Shown piece by piece: positions 1-12,189 of a DNA stretch of 64,000 nt (position 1 is its first letter; every line of letters begins with the position of its first letter). The DNA is from Macrostomum hystrix. Its lineage: Eukaryota > Animalia > Platyhelminthes. The notes beneath the pieces are model-generated. The model did no database searches. It was not told where the DNA came from and was given only the letters and a program-made list of their open reading frames with translations. Both the position numbers and the translations under genes were made by a program. The stretch spans positions 8,680,001 to 8,744,000 of the forward strand of contig CATNEN010000001.1 in NCBI GenBank assembly GCA_950097015.1. The letters are read 5' to 3'.

Positions 1-155
1 ACTCACGACTTAAAGGTCGAGGGTTCGTTTCCCGACTCGACTGGAAAAAATTGTTTCTTTTAGCAAGACACTGAACTCTGCATTGCCTCAGTTCACCCAG
101 CTGTTTAATAGGAAAGATAATTGGATGTGGCGACACCCCAGTCCATGGACTGAAC
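1..155 (+). mobile_element. Partial tRNA-derived SINE (second family, with CACCCAGCTG core and CAGTCCATGGACTGAAC palindrome)
   Basis: B-box-like GGTTCGTTTCCC, then GCAAGACACTGAAC...CCTCAGTTCACCCAGCTG. The CACCCAGCTG and/or CAGTCCATGGAC motifs recur near 25470, 32476, 37063, 47570, 49066-49150, 50381 and 52397-52490. Confidence 0.5.
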
Positions 156-353
156 GAAGCTTTCAAATGCGCCGATGGATGTCGGCTGCACATTTCACTC
201 GATTGGGGCAGGTGCAATCAAGTATTATTACTACTATAATTACTATAATTATAGCTCAAATAGAGGTAGTTTAGCTAATACTTCAGTCCATATATACTAT
301 AAAAGTGTGACTTTTTACATAAAACTATTTTACTTAGAGCAGAGTGAACTCAC

Positions 354-1596
354 CTCGCAGAATATGATAGTGATTAGCTTCTTCGCACTGGTGCCCAATA
401 GTCACAATGGCATCTAAACCGCCGCTTTCAACGAACTCGTGCACCAAGTCTTTGTCGCCTTGAAATATTTGCTTTAGCGAGCTGAGAACCCGACTCAACT
501 CGTCGCCAGAAGAGCTGAGTAGCTTCTCTGGCAATGTTTAATATTAAGTAGAAAAGCATAGATTATAGGATTATAGCATAGACATAGCAAAGGTTTCCCT
601 GTACGTGATTGGCTGCAATTATGATGCAATTGCCAGGGATGAAGTGTACATCTTAAATTGTGATTGGCTGGGACCAAGTGTACACAAGTAACAATTTGAA
701 ACACATCTTCGGGTAGATGAAGAAACCATTTAGCATGTAAAACTGAATAACAAGAAATATATCATAAAAAACTACAATACATACCAACAATTGCTTTGAC
801 TCGAATGCACAATTGAGTCCGAACAATAAGGACATCTCGTTTGCTAAAATAGATTTTTAAGCATTTGAACTTAGTTTACAATTTTTGTGTAAATTATATT
901 TAAATCTCAATGACTTACTCTTGACCGAATGATTCGAAATTGTACCATTGCTCTTCAACACTGAGTTCTAGATCTAAATATGGTCCATAGTCTCCTTGAG
1001 AACCATTGAACTTTAGCAGTTGAAGAGTGCAGTCTTCCAACTAAAAAAATAAAAAAAAGATGAATTAAATGCTTTTTTAATAATTATTTTACAACCAAAA
1101 GGCATTAAAATATTTTTAGGTTGGTTGAGCACAGAATTAATAAGTAAAAATCTAAACTTAACTAAACAAGGGTTTAAATACTATCTTTTATCTATTGACA
1201 TTTTTGGTGCTGCAACCATATACAATTGTAAACATTAAATATGCAACTCCATAGCTATCTTAAGACATAAATTACCATATTTGCTAGACTTGTAACATTT
1301 AGGCTTAGCAAGCTACCAAAATGTTAAATCTTTGCGACTTTATTCAGACATTAGAATCCAACAATTATTCTCAGGTATGTACTATGAAAAGCTTTAGCAA
1401 ATTTTACTAAATAGATTACCTGTAAAGGACAGCCAAGGAGATGATGCAGCTCATGAAGAAGCTGGGATAGAGGGCTATATAAAGAAAACATGTATTGTTT
1501 GCCCACTATTGGGGACAAGCCAGGCGCAAATGAGAAAGGGTCACTATCATCTAAATATTGAGCAGAAAAAGAGATAGCATCGTTTGACACAGCCAT
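354..1596 (-). CDS. FHOD1/3: FHOD-family formin, N-terminal GBD/FH3 region (first four coding exons; gene continues beyond window start)
   Basis: GT-AG exons 1596-1420, 1040-919, 843-785 and 527-354 splice in frame to MAVSNDAISFSAQYLDDSDPF...LEDCTLQL...YLDLELSVEEQ...[52 protein letters not shown]...HILR. This matches the FHOD1/3 N-terminus ([45 protein letters not shown]). Confidence 0.9.
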
Positions 1597-2050
1597 GGCT
1601 ATTAGGAATAGGAAAAAATAAACCACAATTTTCTATCTAAAGATAAAGTTTGCTCTGTCAGTCTCTTCACATTCTTAATAAAAAGCTACATCGTCTTTAG
1701 ACCAAATTTTGTTTGCAAAAAGCAAACCATGATTCTTTGAAAGACAGCTAGTCACTGGTAAATTACGAAAGATGGAATGATGGCGGAACAAATCACAGAA
1801 GTGTCAATGAAACTAAATACACTCTAACCGATGAACTAACTACTTTAGTTCAAGCAAAATTATCTGAATTATTTTAAATGTCAAAAACATGTGTTTCCTA
1901 CAAAAACAAAAGTGTAAATTAAAACAAAAGAGAAAACTCAAAGACATGACTACTCTTGTCTAATCGATTAAATTATGCAAAAACAGCAGAATAGTTTTAC
2001 TAACTTAAAGGCAATAAGTCACATACCTTATCATATTTTATTGGCTATAT

Positions 2051-2647
2051 TACGATTGAATCGGTCAGATGACATGCCAAATGCCACGATTGCAGGTCAT
2101 TCTTTCGATTAAAAGCCAATTTATTTAATTGCCTAGCCCTCAATTTTTATTAGCCAAGTTCATAGCCTATATTCCAACTTCCTATTGTTTTTTAATATAT
2201 TATCTGTGACTATTTTCTTGCTACTTTATCTCTGGCTCTAATAAGTTCTAGATTTCTATTTCCTTCCTTTTATTTTTTCTTGCTACTTTGCTATCTTTGC
2301 TTTTTTACTATATTAATCCTTATAACCTTATTATTGTTTTGCCCCCTTGACTTTCTTGTTATCTCTCATTCTATGCCTTTTATACTACCTAGCTAATTGT
2401 TAGGCTAGAGCAGAATATTAACTTTCGAACTACTATGCCATCCTTATCTTCTTATTGCCTTGCCTATATTATCTTATTACCTCCACCTTTCTAACCCTTC
2501 TTAGGCCTATTGTTTTACCATCTGCTAGTTTCTATAATAACCTCACTTTCTCCACCTTTATTGCTAGACAATGCTGTCAAACCTTTTAATCGGAAGAATG
2601 ACCTGCCATCGTGGCATATGGCATGCCATCTGACCGATCTAATCGTA
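2051..2647. mobile_element. MITE-like element with ~65-bp imperfect terminal inverted repeats
   Basis: 2051-2115 (TACGATTGAATCGGTCAGATGACATGCC...CGATTAAAAG) is the near reverse complement of 2583-2647. The interior is non-coding and T-rich, with TA at both ends. Confidence 0.6.
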
Positions 2648-3124
2648 AAAAAGTGGTACCTTTTCTCCCGATTAAATCGATGCCATTCGGGTGATATTAG
2701 GGGTGCGATCAATATCAATCGAGAATATTATTCTAAAGGCAAGACTAGACTAGACTAGAAGTGCTTACGAAGAGCTACTAGTGATCCTTGGCATGTATAA
2801 TGTGGCATGATAAAAAGAGAATAAATAACATCGGACATCCTCAGACTAATTTGAGTTGAGAAAACTAAATTAAGGTGTGCCCAGAAGGCCTGCAAACTAT
2901 AATCTTATCTTATATTTTACAAATATGTCTTCGTTTGTTCGATTATATAACTTTCAGATTGTGTATTACTTATATATAACTATAATGACTACTTTAAAGT
3001 ACAGATAAAGAAAATTTTATTAGAGCCCATGTTATATTCAAAACATATATATATATACGAGTATTTGTAGCACTTTAGGTGACAAAATCAAACAATCAAG
3101 ACACAAAGGTGAGTGTATGCTCAC

Positions 3125-6100
3125 CTTTTTGTAGTCTGTTCCAAGGTCGTCCAGCATTTCTTCAAGCAAAGAGTAGCCCTTAAACTTGCGCATGTCAGCT
3201 TTTGTGTATCTTCGGCTCTCCTTACCATTGCTGCATACGATCAATATGTCCGAAAACTTAATCCGCTTTTTAGAGTGTCGAACAATGCTATGCTGTATCT
3301 GAATTGGCAGCGTCTCGAAATACTCTCTCGCTTTTCGACTTTTAAACATCAGTGTCTGCGGTTGCTCTTCAGCTGCCGATCCACAACTTGAATCATCGTC
3401 ACTTTCGCCAGTAAAATAGTCATCGTACAGTAAAGAGCCCTGCTTTTGCAAAATCTTCATGGCTTCTTTTGCAGAGTGCTTCTTCGGTGCCCGGAGAATC
3501 AGAAGTTCGTCTATGTCCATGACACGGCTGTGAAAGCTAGAGGGATCTGGTGGAACAGCTGGTTTTGCAGGATAAGCTGGTGGTTTTCCGGTCTGGCTTG
3601 ATTTTCTAGCTCCATGTTCATCTGTTCGACCGGACCGTTCATTTCGACCGGGCTTCTCGTGCGTCCGTCGCTGAAGATACTTTTCCTCCTCTTCATCTTC
3701 GGTGTCTTCGGCGATTGACGGCTCCTCAGCTACAGCGCTCTGCTTCTGAAGCGGTCGATTCAAAGGCGCCGACTTTTCTCGCGGTGATGGCTGAGGAGAA
3801 TCAAACACCTCGTCCTGCTGCTGCTGGCTGGACGACTTGCGCGATGCGCGCGAATGCTGCCGAGATAGCGTTGGCTCACCATCCAGTGGCGACAAAATCT
3901 CGTCAGGTGGGAGACGACTCATATGCCGCTTCCACATGCGCACCTTTTCGATAGAATTCTCGAGTGGGCCTTGTTGCTGCTGCTGACTATTGCCAGACTC
4001 TGGCTGACGAGACATAATTGGTTTAATTGGCTGCTCTGCCGTCATCGCAATGTTACGCCTGTTATGCGAGTAAAGGAATTCATGTTTATGTTGTAGTTAA
4101 AATCATATTGGTTTGGAACGGGTGTTTCGAATGAGAATTCAAAGGCTTACCGTTTATTAGCCAGCTGCTCTTCCCACTCTTGTGCCTTCCGCACCCGCTC
4201 CGCTTCCTTCTCCATCTCGCGCTGCATTCTGAGTTCCTTTTCGCTCTCTTTTCGCTGCTTGGCCTCCTGGCGTTCGCGTTCGCGCGCCTCGGCCTCCTCG
4301 CGCTCCCGCTGTTGACGACGCCTCTCATCGTAGCCGTAGACCTTTTCTCGCCAGCTTGGCCCACTCGAGACGGCGCCACTCGGCTTGCCAACCACGTACG
4401 GCGCATAGGCCGGGCCGGCAGCGCCGGTGCTGCCGGTGGCACCAAGCTCAAAGGCTCTTTTCGTACGCGGCGATGGAGTCGGTGACTCTTGTAAGCTTCC
4501 GCCTCGAGCGGCTGAGGAGCGTTTCTGACTGACTGGCGCCGGTCGAAACTCGTCCGAAGCGAAAAACGCGGCATCATTTCCAGTTAGCGTTGCAACGTCT
4601 CTCAGCATGATGTCACTTCTTCGATTGCCTCCTTTACCTTTGTCTGAACTCGATTGATGCCTGGGTTGCTGCTTAGAAACCGATCGTCCAATGCCCCGGT
4701 CATTTTCAGCGCTATTTAATCGACGAAACCGTCGTTTCTCCAGATCGCTGATGTTGGTTGGCGTCATGCAAGTGCCGCGACTCGTCACGTCGACTATCTC
4801 GGAAGCTGTCGGCTCCAGCGTCTTTTCGTCGCTGTTGGTGTCGGACATTTTTCGAATCGTTTCAACGCTGTCCCGATGGTCGATGGATGCTTTAGTCGGC
4901 CGACTGGAGTAGGCACCGGCCTTGACACCACCAGTATCCTCGGCACCCGAGGCTAAGCGACTGCGCGAATACGATGGCGTCTCATAACGAGAAGAAGCAA
5001 GGCTACCTCGCATATTGGCGGAGCCACCACCATAGGCTCGTTCAGACACAGACGGGCCGATGTTGGATGACAGAGATGAAAAGTCACTGCGCGAGGTGTC
5101 GAAATCGGTGTAACCCGCGCCGCCGCTGCCGTAGTTTGCGCCACTAGACGAAATGCGTCGACTGGAATAGCTAGAGTACGGACTAGTGTATGCGTCGTAG
5201 GCGCGAGAAGCCGCAGCCGCTGCAGCTCCGGTATAGGGATTCGGTGAAAAATCTCGGGAGGCGCTGCGAGCTAATGAGCTGTGTCCAGACGTGACGCTGT
5301 AGTCCGAGGTGCTTCGACCAACCGGCGGCACGGATGGAACCGAAATCGACGTTACAGAAGGAACTACCGGCTTTGGCTTTAGATAGCTCACACCGAAGCT
5401 TGGCAACGGTGCAGCTGCATTCGCGTAACCCGCGCTTCCGCTGCCGTAGCGGCTTCCAATGCCGTAGTTGCGGCCCGCAGACATGCCAGACGAATATAAG
5501 GAGGAGCTTGCGCCGGATGCCGAGCCGCGCCTAGCGCTAGCCAGAGCCGACGAGTGGATAGCCTGCTTGGGAGACAAAAAGGATTGGAAGATTTGATAAA
5601 TTAATTTTGTCTATGTTACTGCGCTTTTGAAACACATTTTGCGCCGATTCGCTAGCTTAAAATGTCATCTAATAGTACTTTTTTTATTCCTACTTTTCGT
5701 CCACCTGTTAGTATAGTCCTCTGTTATCTGATAATAAACTGTATCGATTTTCGATAATTATTTTTACGATTGCTTACTAGCTGCAGTCGTGTTTCGGGTG
5801 TTCCTAGTTTTAGATTCTTACCTGAACTTCTTATGACTGTACTGACCTTCCTAGAATTATATATTTTTGATAAAATCAGTAAAATATGTCGACGGTAAAG
5901 TCAGGTGGTTGAAGATGCAGATTAACTTGGGCTTTGTATACCGCCTCCTTAGGGCACGGCAACAACTCCCTCCTGGGGACATTAGGACTAAAACGATGTC
6001 AAATCCCCACAACTGGCCAAAGAGATGGGATCTGTGGCTGCGGTGTTGTACGAAAACTAAGGCAGCCCTCCCGGTGGCTCCAAGCATCAGTTTTTTCCCT

Positions 6101-6945
6101 TCCTGGTGTGCGGCACACTGATGTACGCTCTAACCTCAGAATGCTAAACACTGGAACACTTTCTTTTGCCCTATCGTTCGGAAAAAAACTGTAGATCTGC
6201 ATCAGCAGCTTCTGCGTTGCTTTCATCGTCACTCGAATGAATTTGGGAGAGGGGATCGCTACATGAGGCAATACTTCCCAGCGCTGGCTGCATACAGAAG
6301 CAGAGGCCCATCTTTACAGCATCTGGGGAAATGGAAGTGAGGACTTTTCCCTCCCACCCATCTGCAGCTCCCAGAACTCGCCACCGACAGATTTTCCTCG
6401 GCAGTTCTGGCAATATCGCGTAGTAGAGCATCGACTCCCATAGTCAAGAAGGATTTTTGGGCTAAGCAGAATTTCTCTGCCTGAAGCATACAGGATCTGT
6501 TCTGCGCACAGCACCTACAGCGCCTATTTCTGTCCGATCCCATTACCCAAAGCGAGCGAGTGCTCTGTTTACACAAAACTAGACTGCATGGTTGTCATGG
6601 GAAGGCTTTCAGGACTACCCAAGCAACCAAGCTTAATCGATCGCAAAAATGTTTCTTAGGCCGTTGTTTTTGAAGTGGTGCACCTTTTTTCTAGTTAAAT
6701 ACCATTACATTTAATACTATTAGTATTATTCCGAATCTGTACTACGTTTTCTATTATTTAACTTCATAGTTTCTCTTAATTTCATTTTTAATTGTTTTGC
6801 CTTCTGCAAAATAATATTTCATTGAGTCATTACTGAAATACGAGTATACGCTCATAGAAATTCGCCCCAGGCAGGAAAAAGTTCAAAGTTGAAGCAAAGA
6901 AGCTCAAAATAAACTCACCGAATCTCGGTAGCTTCTTCCGTACAT
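3125..6945 (-). CDS. Uncharacterised low-complexity protein, at least ~790 aa (Ser/Gly/Tyr-rich N-terminus, charged coiled coil, acidic/basic C-terminus); 3' end uncertain
   Basis: Exon 6945-6919 (MYGRSYRDS|GTGAGT), exon 5565 (or 5562, NAGNAG)-4151 and exon 4058-3125 join in frame through canonical sites, merging the 476-aa and 335-aa ORFs. No domain recognised. Confidence 0.7.
5990..6600 (-). mobile_element. Possible degenerate DNA-transposase (hAT-like C-terminal) relic in an intron
   Basis: GC-richer island with broken frames and faint resemblance to hAT C-terminal motifs (..DP.., SEVRAYISVP). No TIRs identified. Confidence 0.2.
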
Positions 6946-8605
6946 GATGTCCGAAACAGAAAAACTGACTACAGAATTTCAGAAGAAAACTGTTTATCTC
7001 TAAGGAAGGAACGAAAAGTGACCTCCGCTAGGTCTAGAATCGGTTTCGTTGAAGAGGACCCAAAGTCCTCTTGCCACTCGGCCACTGTTTGCTGGGTTGA
7101 ACTTTTTTATATCCGCGCGTCAAACAAAACTTGCTAAAAAATATTGGCAGCACTAGAAGCAAGTACTTTCACTGAAATGACAGGCCAGAAAGCGCCAGTA
7201 CGGAAAGAAAGTGTACTTTGCTGGCCAGTGCTGATGCTGCGACTGGAATCAACACGCCTTTGCTTTGATGATCCCCTTCTCTTTGCCTTCAGGACGAAGC
7301 AAAGTAAACAGTTCTTTGACCTTCGAACCGTCACAGAGCCGTTCTTCCTTGCGAATCACAGTTTTCGTTCACCTAAATTGATCCTTGCTGCTGTGTATTG
7401 GGTCTGGCTTTTGTAAATGTAATTTTTTTTCTTAAGTTTCGTATTTTAACGAAAAATCATTTAAGCCTTCGAAGATGCAGCACTTTAAAAGCAATGCCAA
7501 AATGCCAGCAAACTCGAAATACGCCAGAGAGGTCCTTCGGATACTTGAACAGCGACACTGGGAATACATTAATCCCACATGCGTATGTATCCCTTATATC
7601 GTTTAAACCCCCAGTAGAAAAAACAACTGTTGTGAAGCTAGCGAAAGTGGAAGATGTACACGAAGCTAGAGAGACTGCCAGTCTGTACCACCTCTTCACC
7701 ATCCCTACCTCCCAATCTCCTTCGTCCTTTCAATCCTAACCGAAATTTCTAAAGATTTTCCTCCTACGCACATCATCGTGCTTGGGAAGCTGAAATCACG
7801 GCTTCAATCCTTCCGTCCTTCCTTTCCAGCTGCGCAGTTTAGCCCAACAGTTTTCGTAGCTACAATCTTCTAGAAACACCTACCGAAACTAACATGAAGC
7901 CGTAGCCAGTAACATTCCATTTTATATAAAGAATAAGGTATTTACAAGCGAGCTGTGTACAACGGACGAAAGTTTAAAAAAGATCAAGACTGCAATAAAT
8001 GGGCAATTGTACCTTTCTGGTTTGCGTACTGCGTAATTGCTATGTTGCGTGGTAGTGGTAGCATTGTAGTAGCAGCTGCACTACGACAGTGTTTGAAATT
8101 GTTTATTTTTAATCATTTTGTTCAAAAAGTTGGTAACCGTCCTTGACGAGCAGGAAGACGCAGCATTACTTACTACTTACCAGCGAAAATTGCACAATGT
8201 GTGCACTGCAATCAAACGAGGCCAAAAATACGCTCGTAGCTTGTACAATTTTTTTTTATCAGTCGTTTTAACATCACACAAATGTACACCAAAAGCATTC
8301 CATGGCAGTGTGGACGAGCCTTTTTCGACACTGGGGGGTAATAAGGGCAGGCATGTGAAGCTCACGTTAACCAATCACACTTGCGCAAGGAGTAAGAGTG
8401 GCGGCGGGGTGGTTGACCGTGAGAGACAGACGCTCAGCCAATCACGCGAGTAGGGTGTAGAAAACGTAGTTCAAGGCAGGGTAAGAGGACTAGCTCAAAA
8501 CAGGGTGCAAAAAACGCATGGAGACGATAGAAATACATTTTTAATCAGCCTTTTAAGGTGAGGGCACGATCAACATGCCCTCATATCTATTGGCACAAAA
8601 TTTTA

Positions 8606-9374
8606 TGAGTCGGAAAAACCAAGCCAAGACTTAGCACAGGGAGCAATTCATAAACAATATTAGACAATTAGACAATTAGACAATTTCATTAAAAAAATTT
8701 GCGGGTTGGTTTTTTCTCTAAAAGAAACATAAAACGAATAGCAATCTTTGTAAAAAAACTAAGTTCAATGAAATATTGATTAATATCAAAGATTCATGAA
8801 AATAAATTAAGCCCAAGCAATCAGCGGGCTAATAAAGGAAATTTAAATCAGATAGCATTCATATTGTTAACAATATTATACTTAATTATACTTTAATTAA
8901 GTTTAATTCTAGCTTATCCTTTGATTCTAGAATCTCGTCTTTGTATGTAGTTTTTTTCTAACGGGATGAAAATGGATAACGTGATACTACTCAAAATGAT
9001 CAAAGAGTAGACCTACTCCGTCCAGGTAGAAGCTGCAAAGCCAGGCACCCAGTAGTGCGAGTCGAACCCGTGAGGTGACATTGCCGGCTGGCATATAGGC
9101 CTCCGGGATTCTCATTTTAAAGGTGAGATTCTGTAGACTTCTCCTTTCTTCAGCTGCGAAATAGCTTTGGAATATTTCAGCACACCAAGAAACAACAGAT
9201 AGAGTTTCGCGATTACTCTGCTTAATTTTCACTTCAAGAATCAGAGTGTTGATGTCTTCGGAGCTTAGGAAGACTTCAAAAGCAGCAGAACAAGGTGAAC
9301 CATGCTTTCTCGCATGGCTGCTTTCCGGCATCATCTCCTCAAAGGACTTGCGAATCTCTTAGAATACAGAAATG
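8606..9374 (-). pseudogene. Partial duplicate of the 3' end (C-terminal domain and 3' flank) of the minus-strand kinase locus
   Basis: Near-identical to 11478-12204, with internal indels. ORF 9334-8987 matches ORF 12136-11747 (KHGSPCSAAFEVFL...LLFDHFE). No kinase domain upstream. Confidence 0.8.
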
Positions 9375-10326
9375 TCCCTCAGCAGGAAGTGAATGTCCCT
9401 CAGCAGGCAACCAATGTCTTCCTTTAGCAAACAACTAATGTATGAAATCCGTTTAGCAGAGAACTAATGACACATTTAGCAGGTAACATATGACCCACTT
9501 TAGAAACAGTTAACTAATGCCCCTATAGTAGGCAAATAATGGCCCCTTTAGAAAAAGAAAGAAAGAAAATAAGATTATTAAAAAACAGTTCTGTGTTCAC
9601 TGCACTTACGTTTTCAACTGCTGGTGATATAATATAAGAAAAGAAGCAGTAATAACAAAAAACTTGACTTGAATTTCGCAAATCAAAAGTATCGAACTAA
9701 TGTCTTAAAATGATTGAAATCGAGACAATGTTTGACGATTTGTGTCTTTGGTACTTTGATAAAGATTTACGATTCAGGCAATTGTCCTGAGAGATATTTT
9801 TTGCACCTACATCAAACTTCAAAACGAGTTTCATCAGCTCAATTAGAGACTTCTACTCTCATTTATTATTGTTCATTCTTAGTTTTACGAGTAGCTCGTA
9901 CTTAGAAAGCCGAAGCCATAAGCAAGCAACAAGCAAGGTTCAACAGTTTTTTCCTGAGCACGAATTAAAGAGCTTTTCATTTCACTCTTTTCTATGAATG
10001 TCGGATATATAGCTATTCTCTTGAGTTTGTGTGTTTATCGCGATATTTTTTGTGATGCTCACCAGTCTTCTGTCTTTCATTAGAAGATAGATCCGACATT
10101 TGAGCTCGCTTCAAAAGCTCAAATTGAATAACAAGCTGGAGCAGAAGTTGCATTTTAGATCCGAGAAACAAAAATTCATGACAGATTGTCCTCCACTGAA
10201 GTGCACCATTCAAATCCTGGAATCCAGCGGTACAGTTGGGGTCTATATCATGAACGCATCGCGATGTCTCGCTCATTTCAAGGAGCGTGCGTTTTACCTG
10301 CGCTGACAACCTGATAGGCAATACCT

Positions 10327-10722
10327 ATGGGCAAGTTTCTGTTGGCAGCGCTCATCGCTGCAGCCCTGCTGCCTCTGGTCCTCTGCTATGTGGCTCCTCA
10401 GGTCTATGACGAGGAGGCAGTCGACGATCAGCTGGGAGAGGCTATTGCGAATGCTTTGACTGAGGACGAGCGAACGGAAGATACTGGAGACAGTCAATTT
10501 GGCGAGGAAGTAAGTGATTATTTAAAAGTTATTTTTTAACTGCTCTGGAGAATCAAAATTAGTTTTTTATAGCGCTATTCCAATTGATTTCAATAACAGG
10601 AATTTCATCAGCCGGAAAAGAAACGAAGGCGGTGGCGAAGATTCATCTGGCGCCCACCGCCACCACCGCCGCCGCCTCCGCCACCGCCGCCGCCACCGCC
10701 ACCGCCGCCGCCACCGCCACCG

Positions 10723-10763
<41 letters not shown>

Positions 10764-10773
10764 GCCACCGCCG

Positions 10774-10804
<31 letters not shown>

Positions 10805-10872
10805 CTATAGAACCAGTGCCAGCGGAGCCATTCCCGGTCGATCCTGTGCCTGCCGAGCCAGTGCCAGAATAG
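10327..10872 (+). CDS. Secreted peptide precursor, 151 aa: signal peptide, acidic pro-region, KKR, RRWRRFIWR, Pro51, (EPVPA)-like acidic tail
   Basis: Exon 1 10327-10509 (MGKFLLAALIAAALLPLVLC...FGEE|GTAAGT). Exon 2 10600-10872 after AACAG reads EFHQPEKKRRRWRRFIWR-P51-IEPVPAEPFPVDPVPAEPVPE*. Repeat variation is restricted to third positions of CCN codons. Confidence 0.8.
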
Positions 10873-11746
10873 AGAACTATAATTCAATTTCTCCATCAAA
10901 AAACGGTGTAAAGAAAACAAAAATTTGTAATCACTGAAATCGATAATGAAGACTGCTGCATTGAATATTGCATGAGTCAAAGCATGTGAACGTAAAACGT
11001 CCTTTTATGTCTTTTGGTACTAACTTCGTATATAATCTTACCTAGAGTCCTTAGATTGCCTCAAACACTATTGCTTGTAGCTCGGTTGGCCTTTTCAAAA
11101 CCTTAAAACCGCATAACAATAGTAAGGCTTCTGATCATTCTTTTTGCCAAATAAATTGCGATAGAAAAAGATCATTATTGTTTAATGCTGGTGACATTTC
11201 TGAAAACATCTGGACTTTTATTTTATCAGATGTCGCATTGTATGACGAAAGTGACCAAACTTAATCCTCGATCAGTGATTATCTGATCAAGATAAGAAAA
11301 GAAAAGTAAAAAGTGAAGAAAAAGAAATCGACCTCCGCCACCCTGATAATTCATTCTTCCCCCATCAATAATATTTATGCTTCCCATCGATAATTATTTT
11401 TCCGTCGTGGAGCCGTCCATCATCTAACATCGTCCACCATGGAGCTCGAAGTAATCGTGTCTATTTGGACTATATTTTGAGTCGGAAAAACCAAGCCAAG
11501 GCTTAGAACGGGGAACAGTTCATAAACAATATTAGACAATTAGATAATTAGACCATTTCATAAACAATTTTAGCGGGTGAGCTTCTCCCATAATGATAAA
11601 CATAAAACGAATAGCAATTTGTGTAAAAAAACAAAGTTCAATAAAATATTGATTAATATCAAAGATTCATGAGAACCAATTAGGCACGAGCAATCAGTCT
11701 TTGTAGGAAATTTTTTTTTAACGGGATGAAAATGGATAACGTGATG

Positions 11747-12136
11747 CTACTCAAAATGATCAAAGAGTAGACCTACTCCGTCCAGGTAGAAGCTACAAAG
11801 CCAGGCACCCAGTAGTGCGAGTCGACCCCGTGAGGTGACATCACCGGCTGGCATATAGGCCTCCGGGATTCTCATTTTAAAGGTGAGATTCTGTATACTT
11901 CTCCTTTCTTCAGCTGCGAAATAGCTTTGGAATATTTCAGCACACCTCTCCGCATTGTCACGACACCAAGAAACAACAGATAGAGTTTCGTGATTACTCT
12001 GCTTAATTTTCACTTCAAGAATCAGAGTGTTGATGTCCTTGGAGCTTAGGAAGACTTCAAAAGCAGCAGAACAAGGTGAACCATGCTTTCCGGCATGGCT
12101 GTTGAGTTGACTAATCATTGTTTTCATAATTTCCAA
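11747..12136 (-). pseudogene. Detached C-terminal domain of kinase B (separated by a stop codon and frameshifts)
   Basis: Homologous to the last ~130 aa of the 540-aa kinase at 14935 (LILEVKIKQSN..SVVSWC..CA.IF.S.FA), but out of frame with ORF 13338-12190. Confidence 0.7.
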
Positions 12137-12189
12137 GACTGATTTGTTTCTCTGTAGTCGAAAATCTCCCCAGAGGACTTGCGAATCTC

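Noticed and set aside
10567-10980. Poly-Arg (minus) and poly-Ala/Thr (plus) ORFs in the track
   Set aside because: These are shadow frames of the CCN poly-Pro exon. Splice phase and wobble-only variation favour the Pro frame.
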